Positions 8,763 through 18,985 of a DNA stretch of 64,000 nucleotides are shown one piece after another. The notes beneath the pieces are model-generated. The model made no database searches, had not been told where the DNA came from, and saw only the letters and a program-made list of their open reading frames with translations. Source of the stretch: Alphaproteobacteria bacterium (GTDB lineage Bacteria > Pseudomonadota > Alphaproteobacteria > UBA828). Location of the stretch: NCBI GenBank assembly GCA_963667785.2, contig CAXXMU010000001.1, positions 448,001-512,000 on the forward strand, given 5' to 3'. How positions within the stretch are numbered: position 1 is the stretch's first letter; each line of letters opens with the position of its first letter. Position numbers and translations under genes: made by a program.

Positions 8763-9740
8763 ATGGCGCCGCCCACCGTACAGACATTGCAGCGCCTCGC
8801 CGGCGAAACCGGATACCAGCCGGACACGCTGGAAAAGGTGCTGCGGCTCCTGGACCTGCTGGATGAGATTGCCGGAGACCCGTTGCTGTCCGAACGCCTC
8901 GTCCTCAAGGGCGGAACGGCGCTCAATGTCTTCCACCTCAATCTCGACCGGCTCTCGGTGGACATCGATCTGAACTACATCGGCGCGCTCGACCTGACGA
9001 CGATGGCAAGCGAACGGCCTCACGTCGATGCCGCGATCGACCGGCTCCTCACCTCACAGGGCTACGCCGTCCGGCGCCGCCCCACCGAGCACGCCGGCGG
9101 CAAATGGCTGTCGCGCTATGCTTCCGCTCTCGGTGGCAACGCCTCCCTAGAGTTGGATGTGAACTACATGGCGCGCCAGCCCTTGTTCGGCGCAGCCCGC
9201 ATGGAGTCCCGTCTCTTCGGCGAGCTTCGGACGAGCCGCGTTTTCGTCCTCGATCTCCATGAGATCGTCGCCGGAAAGATCGTGGCGCTCTTCGACCGGC
9301 ACGCCGCACGCGACTTGTTCGACGTGCGCCGCATCCTATCAATCGAGGGGATCAACTGGGGCTGGATCAAGGCCGCAGTCCTGGCCATCGGCGTTTGCAA
9401 CCGCCGTGATTGGCGAATGGTGTCAACCGACGCCATTGCGTGCGACCCGCGCGAGTTTCGTCGGAACCTCGCCGTCTGCCTTCCGCGTGGCTCCCTTGCC
9501 GACGGCAAGGATATCGACACGTGGATCGAGCACACCGCGGCACTTTGCCGCGAAAGGCTCACATTCCTGTTCGATCTCTCGGCCGATGAACGGAAGTTTC
9601 TCGATGATGTCCTCGACCGGGGCAAGGTCGAAGCCGATCTTCTCGACGTCGAACCTGAAATTCGGACGCGAATCCGCGCCATGCCCATGCTCGCGTGGAA
9701 ATCTGAGCACGTTCGAAGGCATCATGGTCTCAACCCGTAG
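8763..9740 (+). CDS. AbiEii-family nucleotidyltransferase toxin
   Basis: LKGGTALN...RLSVDIDL, EIVAGKIVAL..R..ARDLFD. Confidence 0.9.
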   Translation: MAPPTVQTLQRLAGETGYQPDTLEKVLRLLDLLDEIAGDPLLSERLVLKGGTALNVFHLNLDRLSVDIDLNYIGALDLTTMASERPHVDAAIDRLLTSQGYAVRRRPTEHAGGKWLSRYASALGGNASLELDVNYMARQPLFGAARMESRLFGELRTSRVFVLDLHEIVAGKIVALFDRHAARDLFDVRRILSIEGINWGWIKAAVLAIGVCNRRDWRMVSTDAIACDPREFRRNLAVCLPRGSLADGKDIDTWIEHTAALCRERLTFLFDLSADERKFLDDVLDRGKVEADLLDVEPEIRTRIRAMPMLAWKSEHVRRHHGLNP

Positions 9741-9912
9741 AAATTTGACATTGGGAAGATCGTCACAGATGCTTGTCCCGCTAGGCTCAGTAATGCTCTC
9801 AAATGGAGCGAGGCATGAGAATTTCACAAATATTATCAAGTGGTTTTACCATCACCCAAGATTTCAGAGACCGTGTATGGTTTGTGATGTTTGAAATCGC
9901 CAATTTACGCAC

Positions 9913-10512
9913 CTATTTTAATCGGTACTCATAGGATACTTTTCTAACCTTACCCGCCTTGTGATCTTCGATTAGTTGAGCCATGACGCATCTTGCCGCC
10001 TCAACGCCATATTGCTCATTATATCGGTATGCTTGATTAAGCATAGTAAGCCAATCCTCGCCGGATACACCATCTGGTCGAGCAAATCCTAACTCTCCTA
10101 ATCTACGCAGTGTTATTGCAAAGTCGGCACCTAATTGTATACCTTCGTGGTGTCCTAGTTCATCCGGTGTATCTAGTCGCTCCAAAAGATGTTTCGTACC
10201 ATCCCGTAACAACCTTAATATTAAGTCTTGCACTTCATTGCTTTGTCGAGACAAAAGCTCAGCTTTCTTACGTCTGCGGCGTTTCCTAAATTCAACACAC
10301 CAGATAAAATATGGCCAACTAAAATACAAAAAACTACCAATTCCAATAATAATCAAACCAACGTAGATGGATTGGACGTCTATAATCGCCTCAAACAGTT
10401 CTTTGGCTTTTTCCGAAGGACCGGAAAAAAACTGTTGGGTAACGGCTCCAATCCATCCCACACTTACTATGCTGCCCGCCGCGCGAGCCGCATTCTTTCC
10501 CTTCGTGTCCAT
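9913..10512 (-). CDS. Hypothetical low-GC membrane protein
   Basis: 199-aa ORF with N-terminal hydrophobic segments followed by a basic RKRRRRKK stretch; AT-rich flanks. Confidence 0.6.
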   Translation of the reverse strand: MDTKGKNAARAAGSIVSVGWIGAVTQQFFSGPSEKAKELFEAIIDVQSIYVGLIIIGIGSFLYFSWPYFIWCVEFRKRRRRKKAELLSRQSNEVQDLILRLLRDGTKHLLERLDTPDELGHHEGIQLGADFAITLRRLGELGFARPDGVSGEDWLTMLNQAYRYNEQYGVEAARCVMAQLIEDHKAGKVRKVSYEYRLK

Positions 10513-10729
10513 ACATGAATATTACATTTTTTGTCCAAAATTGCAATAACTCTCTATTTCAGACTCTGTAGAAACTTTGTTCCCGAATCGTTAGCGAATG
10601 GTAGTGGTTCATTGGAGCGGCTCGGATCCTCGAAACATAGGCGGAAGAGTCGGATTCTCTCACCATTACTATGTGCTTTCTATTAGAGATCTATGTTGAA
10701 TTCAGCATAAGACATTCGCTCCGATTCTG

Positions 10730-11325
10730 TCGGCGACGCGCGCCGACGACGCCTTGATCGAATCGCGCGCCAGACGCGTTTAGCGCGGGGTCGTGTCGAT
10801 CTCGCTGTGTCCGAGCAGCTTGCCGATCACCGGCAGAGACTCCTCGAGCGCCAGGGCGCGGGACGCGAAGGAGTGGCGAAGGTCGTGAAGCCGGACGTCC
10901 CCCCTGTCCAGTCCTAGTGCGGACGGTCTGCCAAACATGGTCGAGGCCGCCGCCGCTGTAGCGCCCGTGCTGGTCGTTGCCGGAGAACACCCAGGGGCTG
11001 CCCTTGCGCCGCGGCATCGCTTCGAGCAGGCGCACCGCCATCGGTGGCAGGTGGGCCGTGCGCGGTCAGGCCTTGGCGTCCGCGAGGCGGAACTCGCCGG
11101 CGTCCAGATCGACGTGGGCCCAGCGCAGGGTGAAAATTTCGCTCTTACGGCAGCCGGTCAGCATCAGCAGGCAGATAGCCGCCACGGCCTTGGGCGACGC
11201 GACGCCGTCCGCGGTGGCCCGGTCCAGCACCTGTCCCAGCCGAGTGACCTCGGCATCGGTCAGGAAGCGCTCGCGCGACCGCTCCGGGTACTTCACGACC
11301 GATCGGCAGGGATTGTTCAGGTCGA
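10730..11325 (-). pseudogene. Degraded tyrosine integrase, C-terminal half
   Basis: NPC...RERFL...LMLTGCRKSE, then a stop and a frameshift, then DVRLHDLRHSFASRALAL...LLGH...TTPR* (TAA in place of the catalytic Tyr); paralogous to 4342-5529. Confidence 0.85.
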
Positions 11326-11378
11326 CGGCTTAGAGAGGAGGGATCGGTTTCTCCGTAGCTCTCGCGATCTGCGGCTCA

Positions 11379-12902
11379 TCAAACAACGTCACCGTTCCAA
11401 ACCAGCGGCTCGCTCGTTTCCGAGTCCATAACGCCGTCCAGAATTGGCGGAGACGCCGGGTCCGCCTTCGCATGATCGAGTTGACGTTGTGTCAAGCCGC
11501 GAGCCGGAGATGCAGAATCATTCATCCAATCGCGCGAGAAGTCGGTCCCGCTCAAGATGGCATCGACTAGATTCGCGTCGGTCAGATCTGCGTTACCCAG
11601 ATTTGCGCCTGCCAAATTCGCCTTGGTCAGCTCGGCCCTGTTCAGGTCCGCACCTGCCCCCCCGAGGTTGGCGTTACTCAAATCGACTCCGCCCAGCTTT
11701 GCATCTTTCAAACTTGCCGCCCTGAGATCCGCTCCGCTCAAGTTCGCACCGCCGAGATGAGCAGCATCGAGCTTGGCGCCCCCCATCGATGCCCCACGCA
11801 TGTCCGCACCGCCCAACTCCGCTCCTCGCAGATCCGCTCCTTCCAATTGAACTCCCACCAATCTCGACGGGAACAGGCTTCCCTTCCAAAGATTCTGTCC
11901 CACTCGGTCAACAAGGCCCAGATTGGCATCTCGCAGATCAGCCCCGATCAGTCTGGCGGCAGACAGGTTCGCCCTCCTCATGTCGGCGCCACGGAAATTG
12001 GCGCCAGGCATATTCGCGGCCGACAAATCTGCGCCCGGGAGAACGGCGTTGGCCAAACAGGCTTGCCAGCCCCGTACACGACGCAGATCCGCCATTGTGA
12101 AGTCGAAGTTCGAGAAGTTCGCACCGTGGAAGACAAGACCGGGCAGGCAGGCATCGGTGAGATTCATCCTGAACGTTTCCTCGCTCTCCAAGGCGATCTG
12201 TGCTTCGCTCCGCTGAGCAATCTGAGTCATGACCGTCTCGATGTCTTTTGCCAGCTCAGGGACCGGTCCGACTTTCCGATCGGCGACGAAGAACGGACCG
12301 TAATGCTCTGCCGGCGCTGACTCGAACCATGGAGCATCCTTTCGGCCTGCTTCCTCTTCATCAATTTCAGCATCGTCCGTATCCGGTTCGCGATGTTCTT
12401 CGTCTCCGGGCGTTTCTGACTCTTCCGGCGGCTCGACGCGCTCCACTGCGTCTCCTCTTGTCCGGTCTACAACAAACGCCGAAAAGAGCTGCATGACCGG
12501 CATATGGAAACTGGCCGGATACTCGCTCGCGAGGCGGGCCAGAGCGTGGATACCACCGATGCGGACCGATCCGATATCAGCATTGCCCAGCATTTCAGCG
12601 CCCTTCTGAAACCGGTCATTCAATAGCATCTGCACCGTGGTATCCGATTGGCGGCGCGCAGCATCCGCTTGACGTTCGGCCACAGTGCTACGCCACATCG
12701 CAAGCGGAAGGCCGATCGCAGCCGCGAGCATCAAGCCGAGGTTTCGAAGCGTTGTGCTGGCCGATTCTCCGCCGGTCAGCCACGCCGGACAGGCAACCCA
12801 GGCGGCGCCCGCTGCGACGACCAAAATCACCGTCCACGCTACGATCCACCACGGCAACGGAATCCGGCTGCAGAAGCGGCGCATCTGTCTCAATCGGGTC
12901 AT
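11379..12902 (-). CDS. Membrane-anchored pentapeptide-repeat protein
   Basis: Two N-terminal TM segments, VRIGGIHALARLA motif, many A(D/N)LxG repeats; likely start MTRLRQ at 12902. Confidence 0.85.
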   Translation of the reverse strand: MTRLRQMRRFCSRIPLPWWIVAWTVILVVAAGAAWVACPAWLTGGESASTTLRNLGLMLAAAIGLPLAMWRSTVAERQADAARRQSDTTVQMLLNDRFQKGAEMLGNADIGSVRIGGIHALARLASEYPASFHMPVMQLFSAFVVDRTRGDAVERVEPPEESETPGDEEHREPDTDDAEIDEEEAGRKDAPWFESAPAEHYGPFFVADRKVGPVPELAKDIETVMTQIAQRSEAQIALESEETFRMNLTDACLPGLVFHGANFSNFDFTMADLRRVRGWQACLANAVLPGADLSAANMPGANFRGADMRRANLSAARLIGADLRDANLGLVDRVGQNLWKGSLFPSRLVGVQLEGADLRGAELGGADMRGASMGGAKLDAAHLGGANLSGADLRAASLKDAKLGGVDLSNANLGGAGADLNRAELTKANLAGANLGNADLTDANLVDAILSGTDFSRDWMNDSASPARGLTQRQLDHAKADPASPPILDGVMDSETSEPLVWNGDVV

Positions 12903-13652
12903 GACTCCGCTTCCCTCGTGGCCTCGTGCAGGATCGACGCCCGCCGCTTCGCGTCCGCCTCGCCACATGCACAGCATCGCCGGACGCTCACTTGCTCATC
13001 CATAATACAAGCGTGTCCGGCTCCAAACCCGCGGCTCGCAGTTCTGCGAACGACATTGCCGGCTCACGCTCGTCGCTTCGCGACGTCGCCCTCTTCGGTT
13101 TCGCCGTCCAAGGTGAAGAGCGACGCCACTGGCGCCATCGTCAAGCACACTGCCACATCGCTTCTGTCCTCATTGAGCACTTCGCGCTCAACGCGTCCTC
13201 CCACCCTCCCGCCCTCCCATACCCATGATGGTGCTGACACTTACGTCGTCCATCCCGCTGCGACGTCCCGTCAGCCCTCGCGCCGCTCATGCGCCCGACA
13301 TCGTCTCCTCGTCTTGCTCGATCATGCGCTCTCCAAAGCCACCGCGCTCGCCTTCGAGGCTCAGCCGCAAGCGGATTCCGCTTCACTGGATCCTTCCTCG
13401 TCGCCTCCGCTCCGATGCCCGCCATGATGGACGGCTTCGCCACCGGAATCGGAGCCCCTGCGACAAGAATCGTCACCTGATTCGCTCCGATCATCGAATT
13501 TTTTCGCCATGCGCACGCCCAGACACGCCGGTACATCTGGTGATCACTCGCCACGGAGGCCCCACATATGGTGTTTGCAGCGAGGACTGTGCTATGCAGA
13601 CAGCATGCGCTCCGGGACAACACATCGAGGAAAATGTGGCTCTTCACACCTC

Positions 13653-13675
13653 TGCACTAAAGTGCGTGGTGCCGG
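13653..13675 (+). other. Candidate MOBF oriT/nic region
   Basis: GCACT-AA-AGTGC hairpin followed by GTGGTG, resembling the R388/F nic architecture (inverted repeat then TGCGT); ~180 bp upstream of the relaxase. Confidence 0.5.
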
Positions 13676-13853
13676 TATGTATCGCCCGTTGTATTGGCGG
13701 TTCCGGGACGCTCCGTTCCGCAGATCCGGGTAACGATCTGACGCTAATGGGGAATTCTGCCTCAGTAACCTTCGGCGACTGTCCGACCTCTGGCCGGACG
13801 CCGGCGCCGGGCCGCAGCGCGGCCATCGGGCCGGCTTCTCTGCGGGCCTCACC

Positions 13854-14981
13854 GTGGTAGCGACGCTCGCCCAGGCCGCTTCGGCCGCCTACTACCTGGA
13901 GAACCAGCGCTCGTTCCGCCATCCGAACGAGTACTACACGGCGGGCGAGGAGCCGGACGGGGTCTGGTTCAACCCGAATGACCTGTTCGGCCTGAAGGAC
14001 GGCGGCAAGGCCGACAGCGCGGACTTCCACCGCCTCTATCACGGCTTCGCGCCGGACGGCTCGGGCAGGCTGACCCGGAACGCGGGCAGCGAGAAGCGCT
14101 CGCCCGGCCTCGACATGACCTTCTCGGCCGACAAGAGCGTCTCCGCGCTCTGGGCCATCGCCGATACCGAGCTGCGCGGCGAGATCGAGCAGGCGCACAA
14201 CGATGCCGCCCGTGTCGCGCTTGAGGAGACGGTGTTCCGCCACTGCGCCTGGACCCGCATCCGCGACCGCCACGGGCAGATTCAGGTTCTGTCCGCGGAT
14301 CTCATGGCGGCGATGTTCCAGCACGGCACCAGCCGGGACAACGACCCGCAGCTTCACACCCACTGCGTGATCTTCAACGCCGCGAGGACCCACGAGGACG
14401 GCAGGTGGCGGGCGATGCATCAGCACCCGGTCTACGGCTGGGTGAAGGCGGCGGGCGCAGTCTATCGGAACACGCTGGCCTGGAACCTCCAGCAGCAACT
14501 CGGCCTACCCATCGAGCAGTACGGCCAGGACGGGGAGTTCACTCGGATTGCAAGCGTTCCGGAAGACCTGGCGGCACACTGGTCGAAGCGGCGGGCGGCG
14601 ATCGTCGATGCGGCGAACGACATGGGCTTCAAGGTCGAGGGCAACGCCGCACGCGCGGCGGCGGCGAACAAGATCACCAGAGCGGGGAAGTCCCCCGACA
14701 ACGACCCCGAAGTGCGTCATGAGCGTTGGCGGGGCGAGGCAGAGAGTTTCTGCGAGCGCGAGGCGCTGATCGCGGAGCTGCTGGGCAAGGCCGAGGACAT
14801 CACCCAGGAGCAGCTGCGCGATCTCACCGCAGTGTTGGAGACGCTGCCGGAGCGCCTGACCCGGGAGGAGGCGGTGTTCCGCCTGCCGGACGTGGTGGAG
14901 CGCGTGAGCAACTTGACGGCGGGGTTGCTCGGCCGGGAAGCGGCGGCGACCGCGGTAGAGCGCGTCATGCGTCACCCCTAG
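13854..14981 (+). CDS. MOBF (TrwC-family) relaxase domain, ending at an in-frame TAG
   Basis: N-terminal YY...YY, DMTFSADKSVS, HGTSRDNDPQLHTH (HUH), WSKRR. Confidence 0.88.
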   Translation: MVATLAQAASAAYYLENQRSFRHPNEYYTAGEEPDGVWFNPNDLFGLKDGGKADSADFHRLYHGFAPDGSGRLTRNAGSEKRSPGLDMTFSADKSVSALWAIADTELRGEIEQAHNDAARVALEETVFRHCAWTRIRDRHGQIQVLSADLMAAMFQHGTSRDNDPQLHTHCVIFNAARTHEDGRWRAMHQHPVYGWVKAAGAVYRNTLAWNLQQQLGLPIEQYGQDGEFTRIASVPEDLAAHWSKRRAAIVDAANDMGFKVEGNAARAAAANKITRAGKSPDNDPEVRHERWRGEAESFCEREALIAELLGKAEDITQEQLRDLTAVLETLPERLTREEAVFRLPDVVERVSNLTAGLLGREAAATAVERVMRHP

Positions 14982-17900
14982 GTGGTGCGGCTGACCCGCA
15001 TCCCCCGCTCCGCCGAGGGCCGCGCGGACATGGCCCATACCAGGCTCTACACCACCGGGCGCACGCTTCAGATGGAGCAGGCGCTACACGACATGGCCGC
15101 AGGCATGGCGGCCGAAACGGGCCACGGCCTCCCCGCCCAGGCGATCGAGGAGAAGATCGCATCGCTCATAGAGCGAGGCTATCCGCTAAGCGAGGAGCAA
15201 GCGCACGCGATCCGCGCGGTGGCCGGCGCGGGCGGACGGGTGGCGATCGTCGAGGGCGCGGCCGGCTCGGGCAAGACCACGACGCTGAGACCCCTCGCCG
15301 ATCTCTGCCGCGAGCACGGGGGTACGGTGATCGCCACCGCGGTGGCGTGGCGCACGGCGGTGGCGCTCGGCAACGACCTCGATGCCCGCCCCTTCTGCGT
15401 GGACAAACTGCTCAAGCTCGCGGCGAAGAACAGTATCGAGATCGACGGCGACACCACCATCGTCGTGGACGAGGCGGGGATGCTGTCGACCCGCCAGGCG
15501 CATCACATCCTGCGGCTCGCGGATCGCCACCATGCCCAGGTGGTGTTTGCGGGAGACACCAGGCAGCAGCAGCCGGTGGAGGCGGGGCCGGGCTTGCGGC
15601 TGATCCGGGATGCCGTGGGTAGCGTCCGGGTGGACCGCATCAGGCGCCAGAAGCCCGACCTCGAGGACATCCAGGTCCACGTCCACGGCGAGTCTCCGTC
15701 CGCTGCGCGCTTCCGGGGCGGTTTGATGGGCGACGTTGAGCGTGCCCGCATCTTCGCCGACTACGAGGCGATGGAGAACAAGCCCGCCTTCACGCCCTGG
15801 CAGGTGGCAGTGTCGGAGGCGCTGAGGGACGGTGACGCGGCCGCCGCGATCGAGGCGTGGCACGAGCGGGGCCGGTTCCATCTCGGCTACAACGAGGAGC
15901 GGACGCTCACGGCCTTGGTGGACGAGTGGGACCGCTACACGAGGCAGCACACGGACAAAAGCGCCGCGGTGCTGGCGCGCACCCGCGCCGAGGTGCGGGC
16001 GCTGTCGCACCTGATGCGCGAGAAGCGCTTCGCCCGGCAGCGAGACCTTGAAAGCTCAGACATCGAGCGCGTCACGGTGATGGTGAGCCGGGGGACGGAG
16101 GACGACAGGACGGTCTCGCCGCTCGAGATCGCCGCCGGCGACCGGCTCCGCATCGGCGCCACCTGCTGGGAAAAGCAGCTCTTCAACGGCACCGTGGTCA
16201 CGGTGGAGGATCTCGAAGTCCTGCACGGGGAACGCAAGCCCGCCGGGCACGGGGCCGGGACGAAGGCGAGGGACCGCGAACCGGGAGAGGACGAACCCTC
16301 CGTCCTGATAACCGCGTGCACCGACGACGGGCGTCGGGTGACCTTCCGCCACGATGAGATCCGCGACTGGTACGGCAACATCCGCCTCGACCACGGCTAT
16401 GCGCTCACCATAGCCGCCGCCCAGGGGCTGACCGTGGACCGCACCTTCATGCTGGCGGACGACCGGCCGGCACGGGAGACCATCTATCCGGCGGCGACCC
16501 GTCATCGCGAGGAGATCGACATATACGTCAACCGCGCCCCGCTGGCGCTGGACGTGGCCGCCCGGCGGGCGGACAGCGATCGCGAGGCACCGGTACTCGA
16601 TAGTGAGATTCGGGCGTACCTGGCGGAGCGCTGGTCGCGCGCCAGGCCCAAGGAGGCGGCGCTCGACTACATGGGCGTGGGCGACTGGGAGGATCGGGAC
16701 ATCCATCGCCGCGCCGGCGGCGACCTGCGCCATGATGAAGCGGCCGAGGCTCGCGCGGCCGCCAACGACAACGCGCTCACGCGCATTGCGCGAGACGTGC
16801 AGCGCACCGCCTTTGCCTGGCGCCATGAGGCTGTCGTCGGTGCCTTCGCCGCAGGGCGGCAAGAGGTTCTGGCATCCTGGAACGAGCTGCGCCATATGAC
16901 CCGCGCCGACGGCGATGTGGTGGCCCTGGGCGACACCTACCGCGAGACCCTCGACCGCCACGCGGCATTGCTCAGGCAGGCTGAGCCCTTCCGCGCCCGG
17001 CCGGAGGCTTTCTCCGCCCTGCTCGCTGCGCGCAGCATCGTCCACGAGGACCTCGACGAGTTCGAGCAGCTCCACGGCCGTGCGCGCCGCCATCGCCACG
17101 CGGCGACCATGCGGCAGGTGCATCGGGCGCGGCGGGAGACCGAGCGGCAGGACCTGACGCCCGCGGCGCGGCAGAGCGAGCTGACGCTGGAGGGCGAGGC
17201 CGTCCGGTCGACGTCCCCCGAGCCACCCGACTGGTTCGCTTCCGTACCCCCGCCCGACGACAAGGACCTCGCCTGCGCGCGCGCCTTGGTAGAGCAGGAA
17301 GACTTGGCACCGCCTGCCCCGGACCCTGAGCCCGTCAATCCCGACTGGTTGCCCGCCTACAACGATGTGGCCCGCGAGTGGAAGGCGCTCAACGAACGGG
17401 CACGGCAATCCGGCACGATTGCGTTCTACGCCAGAGGCTATGCCGAGCTGGTCCCGCGCATCAGGGCGGTGGCGGAGAGCTTCGATATCCCCCTTGAGAA
17501 CCGCGATCCCATGGTCCGGACCCTTCAGCTTCACGAACGCCATCTCGCGGCACGGAAGGAGATCGAGGACTTCCTCGCCGGCGCGGAGCGGCACATGGTA
17601 AGGCGCGAGGCTCTCCGCGAGGCGGCGACCGACGCCAACGCGATGGTCGCGGCAATGCCGAATTACCGGCGCTGGAGAGGGAAGGCCGAGCAGCTTGTGG
17701 TCGAGGGAGAGGCCATTCTCTCCGACCGCGAGACCTACGGCCCCCATCTCGATAACATTGCCGTCGGCGCGGAGCGTGCGCAGGGGGCGGTCTCCGATCT
17801 CGGCGTGGCGATCCAGGATGACGACGAGGAGCTGGCCCGGTCCAAGCGAGAGGCACGCGAGCAGCGCAGGTGGGCACAGGCACAGACCCGTCTACTGTTC

Positions 17901-18722
17901 GCAACGGATCCCGCCCCTGACGCCGCCGCTGCGGAACCCGCGCGCGAAACGCCGGTGCGAGCGGTGCTCTCTCGCCTTGGCCATGCAGCGGGCCTTGCGT
18001 TCGGCGGCGAGGCCTACAGGCGGGAGATCGAGATCGAGGGCTACGAACGGAACGCGCTGGAGCGCACAAAGCAGCCGATGCTGGAGTGGAACCACCTAGT
18101 GGAGCGTGCGATGGAGGAGGGCGCGCATGTCATTCACATGGACGGCTGCGACAGCCTGCGCAGGGAGCTGGATGCAGTATCCCGGAACTTCGACCTGGAC
18201 CGGCGCATCGCCGCGAAGATTGAAGCCGTGCTCACCGAGCTGGGCGAGGCCAGGACAGACGCCGGGTATGTCGAGAGCCGGCACCGTTTCCTGCTGAGGA
18301 GCCTGGAGCGCCGCGAGGAGCTTCACGCCAGCGCGGCAAGGCTTAGCGCCGCGGTTGCCGGCCTTGCGGACTACGATTCCTGGCGCCACAGCATCGACGA
18401 GGCGCTCGAACACGCCGAGCATATTCTGGCAAACCCCGGCAGGTACGGTGTCCATCTCCACGGCGTCACGCAAGGGCGAGAGAGCCTGTCATCGGCGCTC
18501 TCGCGTGCGCGGGAGATGCTGCGCGAGGACGACCGGCACCTTGCGACGGTCCTGGCGGGCCGGCGCACGGGCGAGACCGTGCAGGAACGCCAGGAGCGCA
18601 TTGCCCGTCTCCTCGACGACCCGGACGAACTCAGGAGGCTACGTGAGCAACGCGCAGAACATCGCAGGGCCGGCAGGTGGCAGCGCAGGGGCAGATATCA
18701 GAGTCGCGGCATGAGCATGTAG
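14982..18722 (+). CDS. RecD-like helicase plus long C-terminus of the relaxase-helicase (same frame as 13854-14981)
   Basis: GAAGSGKTT, VVDEAGM, AGDTRQQQPV, HGYALTIAAAQGLTVD, ATRHR; ends in RGMSM as many Mob proteins do. Confidence 0.85.
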   Translation: MVRLTRIPRSAEGRADMAHTRLYTTGRTLQMEQALHDMAAGMAAETGHGLPAQAIEEKIASLIERGYPLSEEQAHAIRAVAGAGGRVAIVEGAAGSGKTTTLRPLADLCREHGGTVIATAVAWRTAVALGNDLDARPFCVDKLLKLAAKNSIEIDGDTTIVVDEAGMLSTRQAHHILRLADRHHAQVVFAGDTRQQQPVEAGPGLRLIRDAVGSVRVDRIRRQKPDLEDIQVHVHGESPSAARFRGGLMGDVERARIFADYEAMENKPAFTPWQVAVSEALRDGDAAAAIEAWHERGRFHLGYNEERTLTALVDEWDRYTRQHTDKSAAVLARTRAEVRALSHLMREKRFARQRDLESSDIERVTVMVSRGTEDDRTVSPLEIAAGDRLRIGATCWEKQLFNGTVVTVEDLEVLHGERKPAGHGAGTKARDREPGEDEPSVLITACTDDGRRVTFRHDEIRDWYGNIRLDHGYALTIAAAQGLTVDRTFMLADDRPARETIYPAATRHREEIDIYVNRAPLALDVAARRADSDREAPVLDSEIRAYLAERWSRARPKEAALDYMGVGDWEDRDIHRRAGGDLRHDEAAEARAAANDNALTRIARDVQRTAFAWRHEAVVGAFAAGRQEVLASWNELRHMTRADGDVVALGDTYRETLDRHAALLRQAEPFRARPEAFSALLAARSIVHEDLDEFEQLHGRARRHRHAATMRQVHRARRETERQDLTPAARQSELTLEGEAVRSTSPEPPDWFASVPPPDDKDLACARALVEQEDLAPPAPDPEPVNPDWLPAYNDVAREWKALNERARQSGTIAFYARGYAELVPRIRAVAESFDIPLENRDPMVRTLQLHERHLAARKEIEDFLAGAERHMVRREALREAATDANAMVAAMPNYRRWRGKAEQLVVEGEAILSDRETYGPHLDNIAVGAERAQGAVSDLGVAIQDDDEELARSKREAREQRRWAQAQTRLLFATDPAPDAAAAEPARETPVRAVLSRLGHAAGLAFGGEAYRREIEIEGYERNALERTKQPMLEWNHLVERAMEEGAHVIHMDGCDSLRRELDAVSRNFDLDRRIAAKIEAVLTELGEARTDAGYVESRHRFLLRSLERREELHASAARLSAAVAGLADYDSWRHSIDEALEHAEHILANPGRYGVHLHGVTQGRESLSSALSRAREMLREDDRHLATVLAGRRTGETVQERQERIARLLDDPDELRRLREQRAEHRRAGRWQRRGRYQSRGMSM

Positions 18723-18759
18723 CGACCGATGCAGGCGTTGACGCCGCCGTCTCAATCGT

Positions 18760-18850
18760 CTTCCTAATGCACCTCCTCACGATTTGAGGCATTCTCGCGC
18801 CTCTCATGGGACCATGAACTGAGAAGGCCTGCGCCTCATGGAGTGCTCCA
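18760..18850 (+). pseudogene. Tiny tyrosine-integrase remnant
   Basis: Frame reads LPNAPPHDLRHSRASHGTMN* (box II-like). Confidence 0.5.
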
Positions 18851-18985
18851 TCCGCTGGGCGCGGGGACAATGCTTACGCGAGATCAGCCAACAACCTTCG
18901 ACTTGGATTTTGAGGAAATAGTTCACTTGACTAGGGAAACTTACGGCCTCGAAATCAAGTCGAGGGCTCAGACACGAGATGACAC

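Noticed and set aside
12980-13850. Several overlapping ORFs upstream of the relaxase (possible MobC/accessory gene)
   Set aside because: None has protein-like composition or motifs; treated as oriT/intergenic or decayed sequence.
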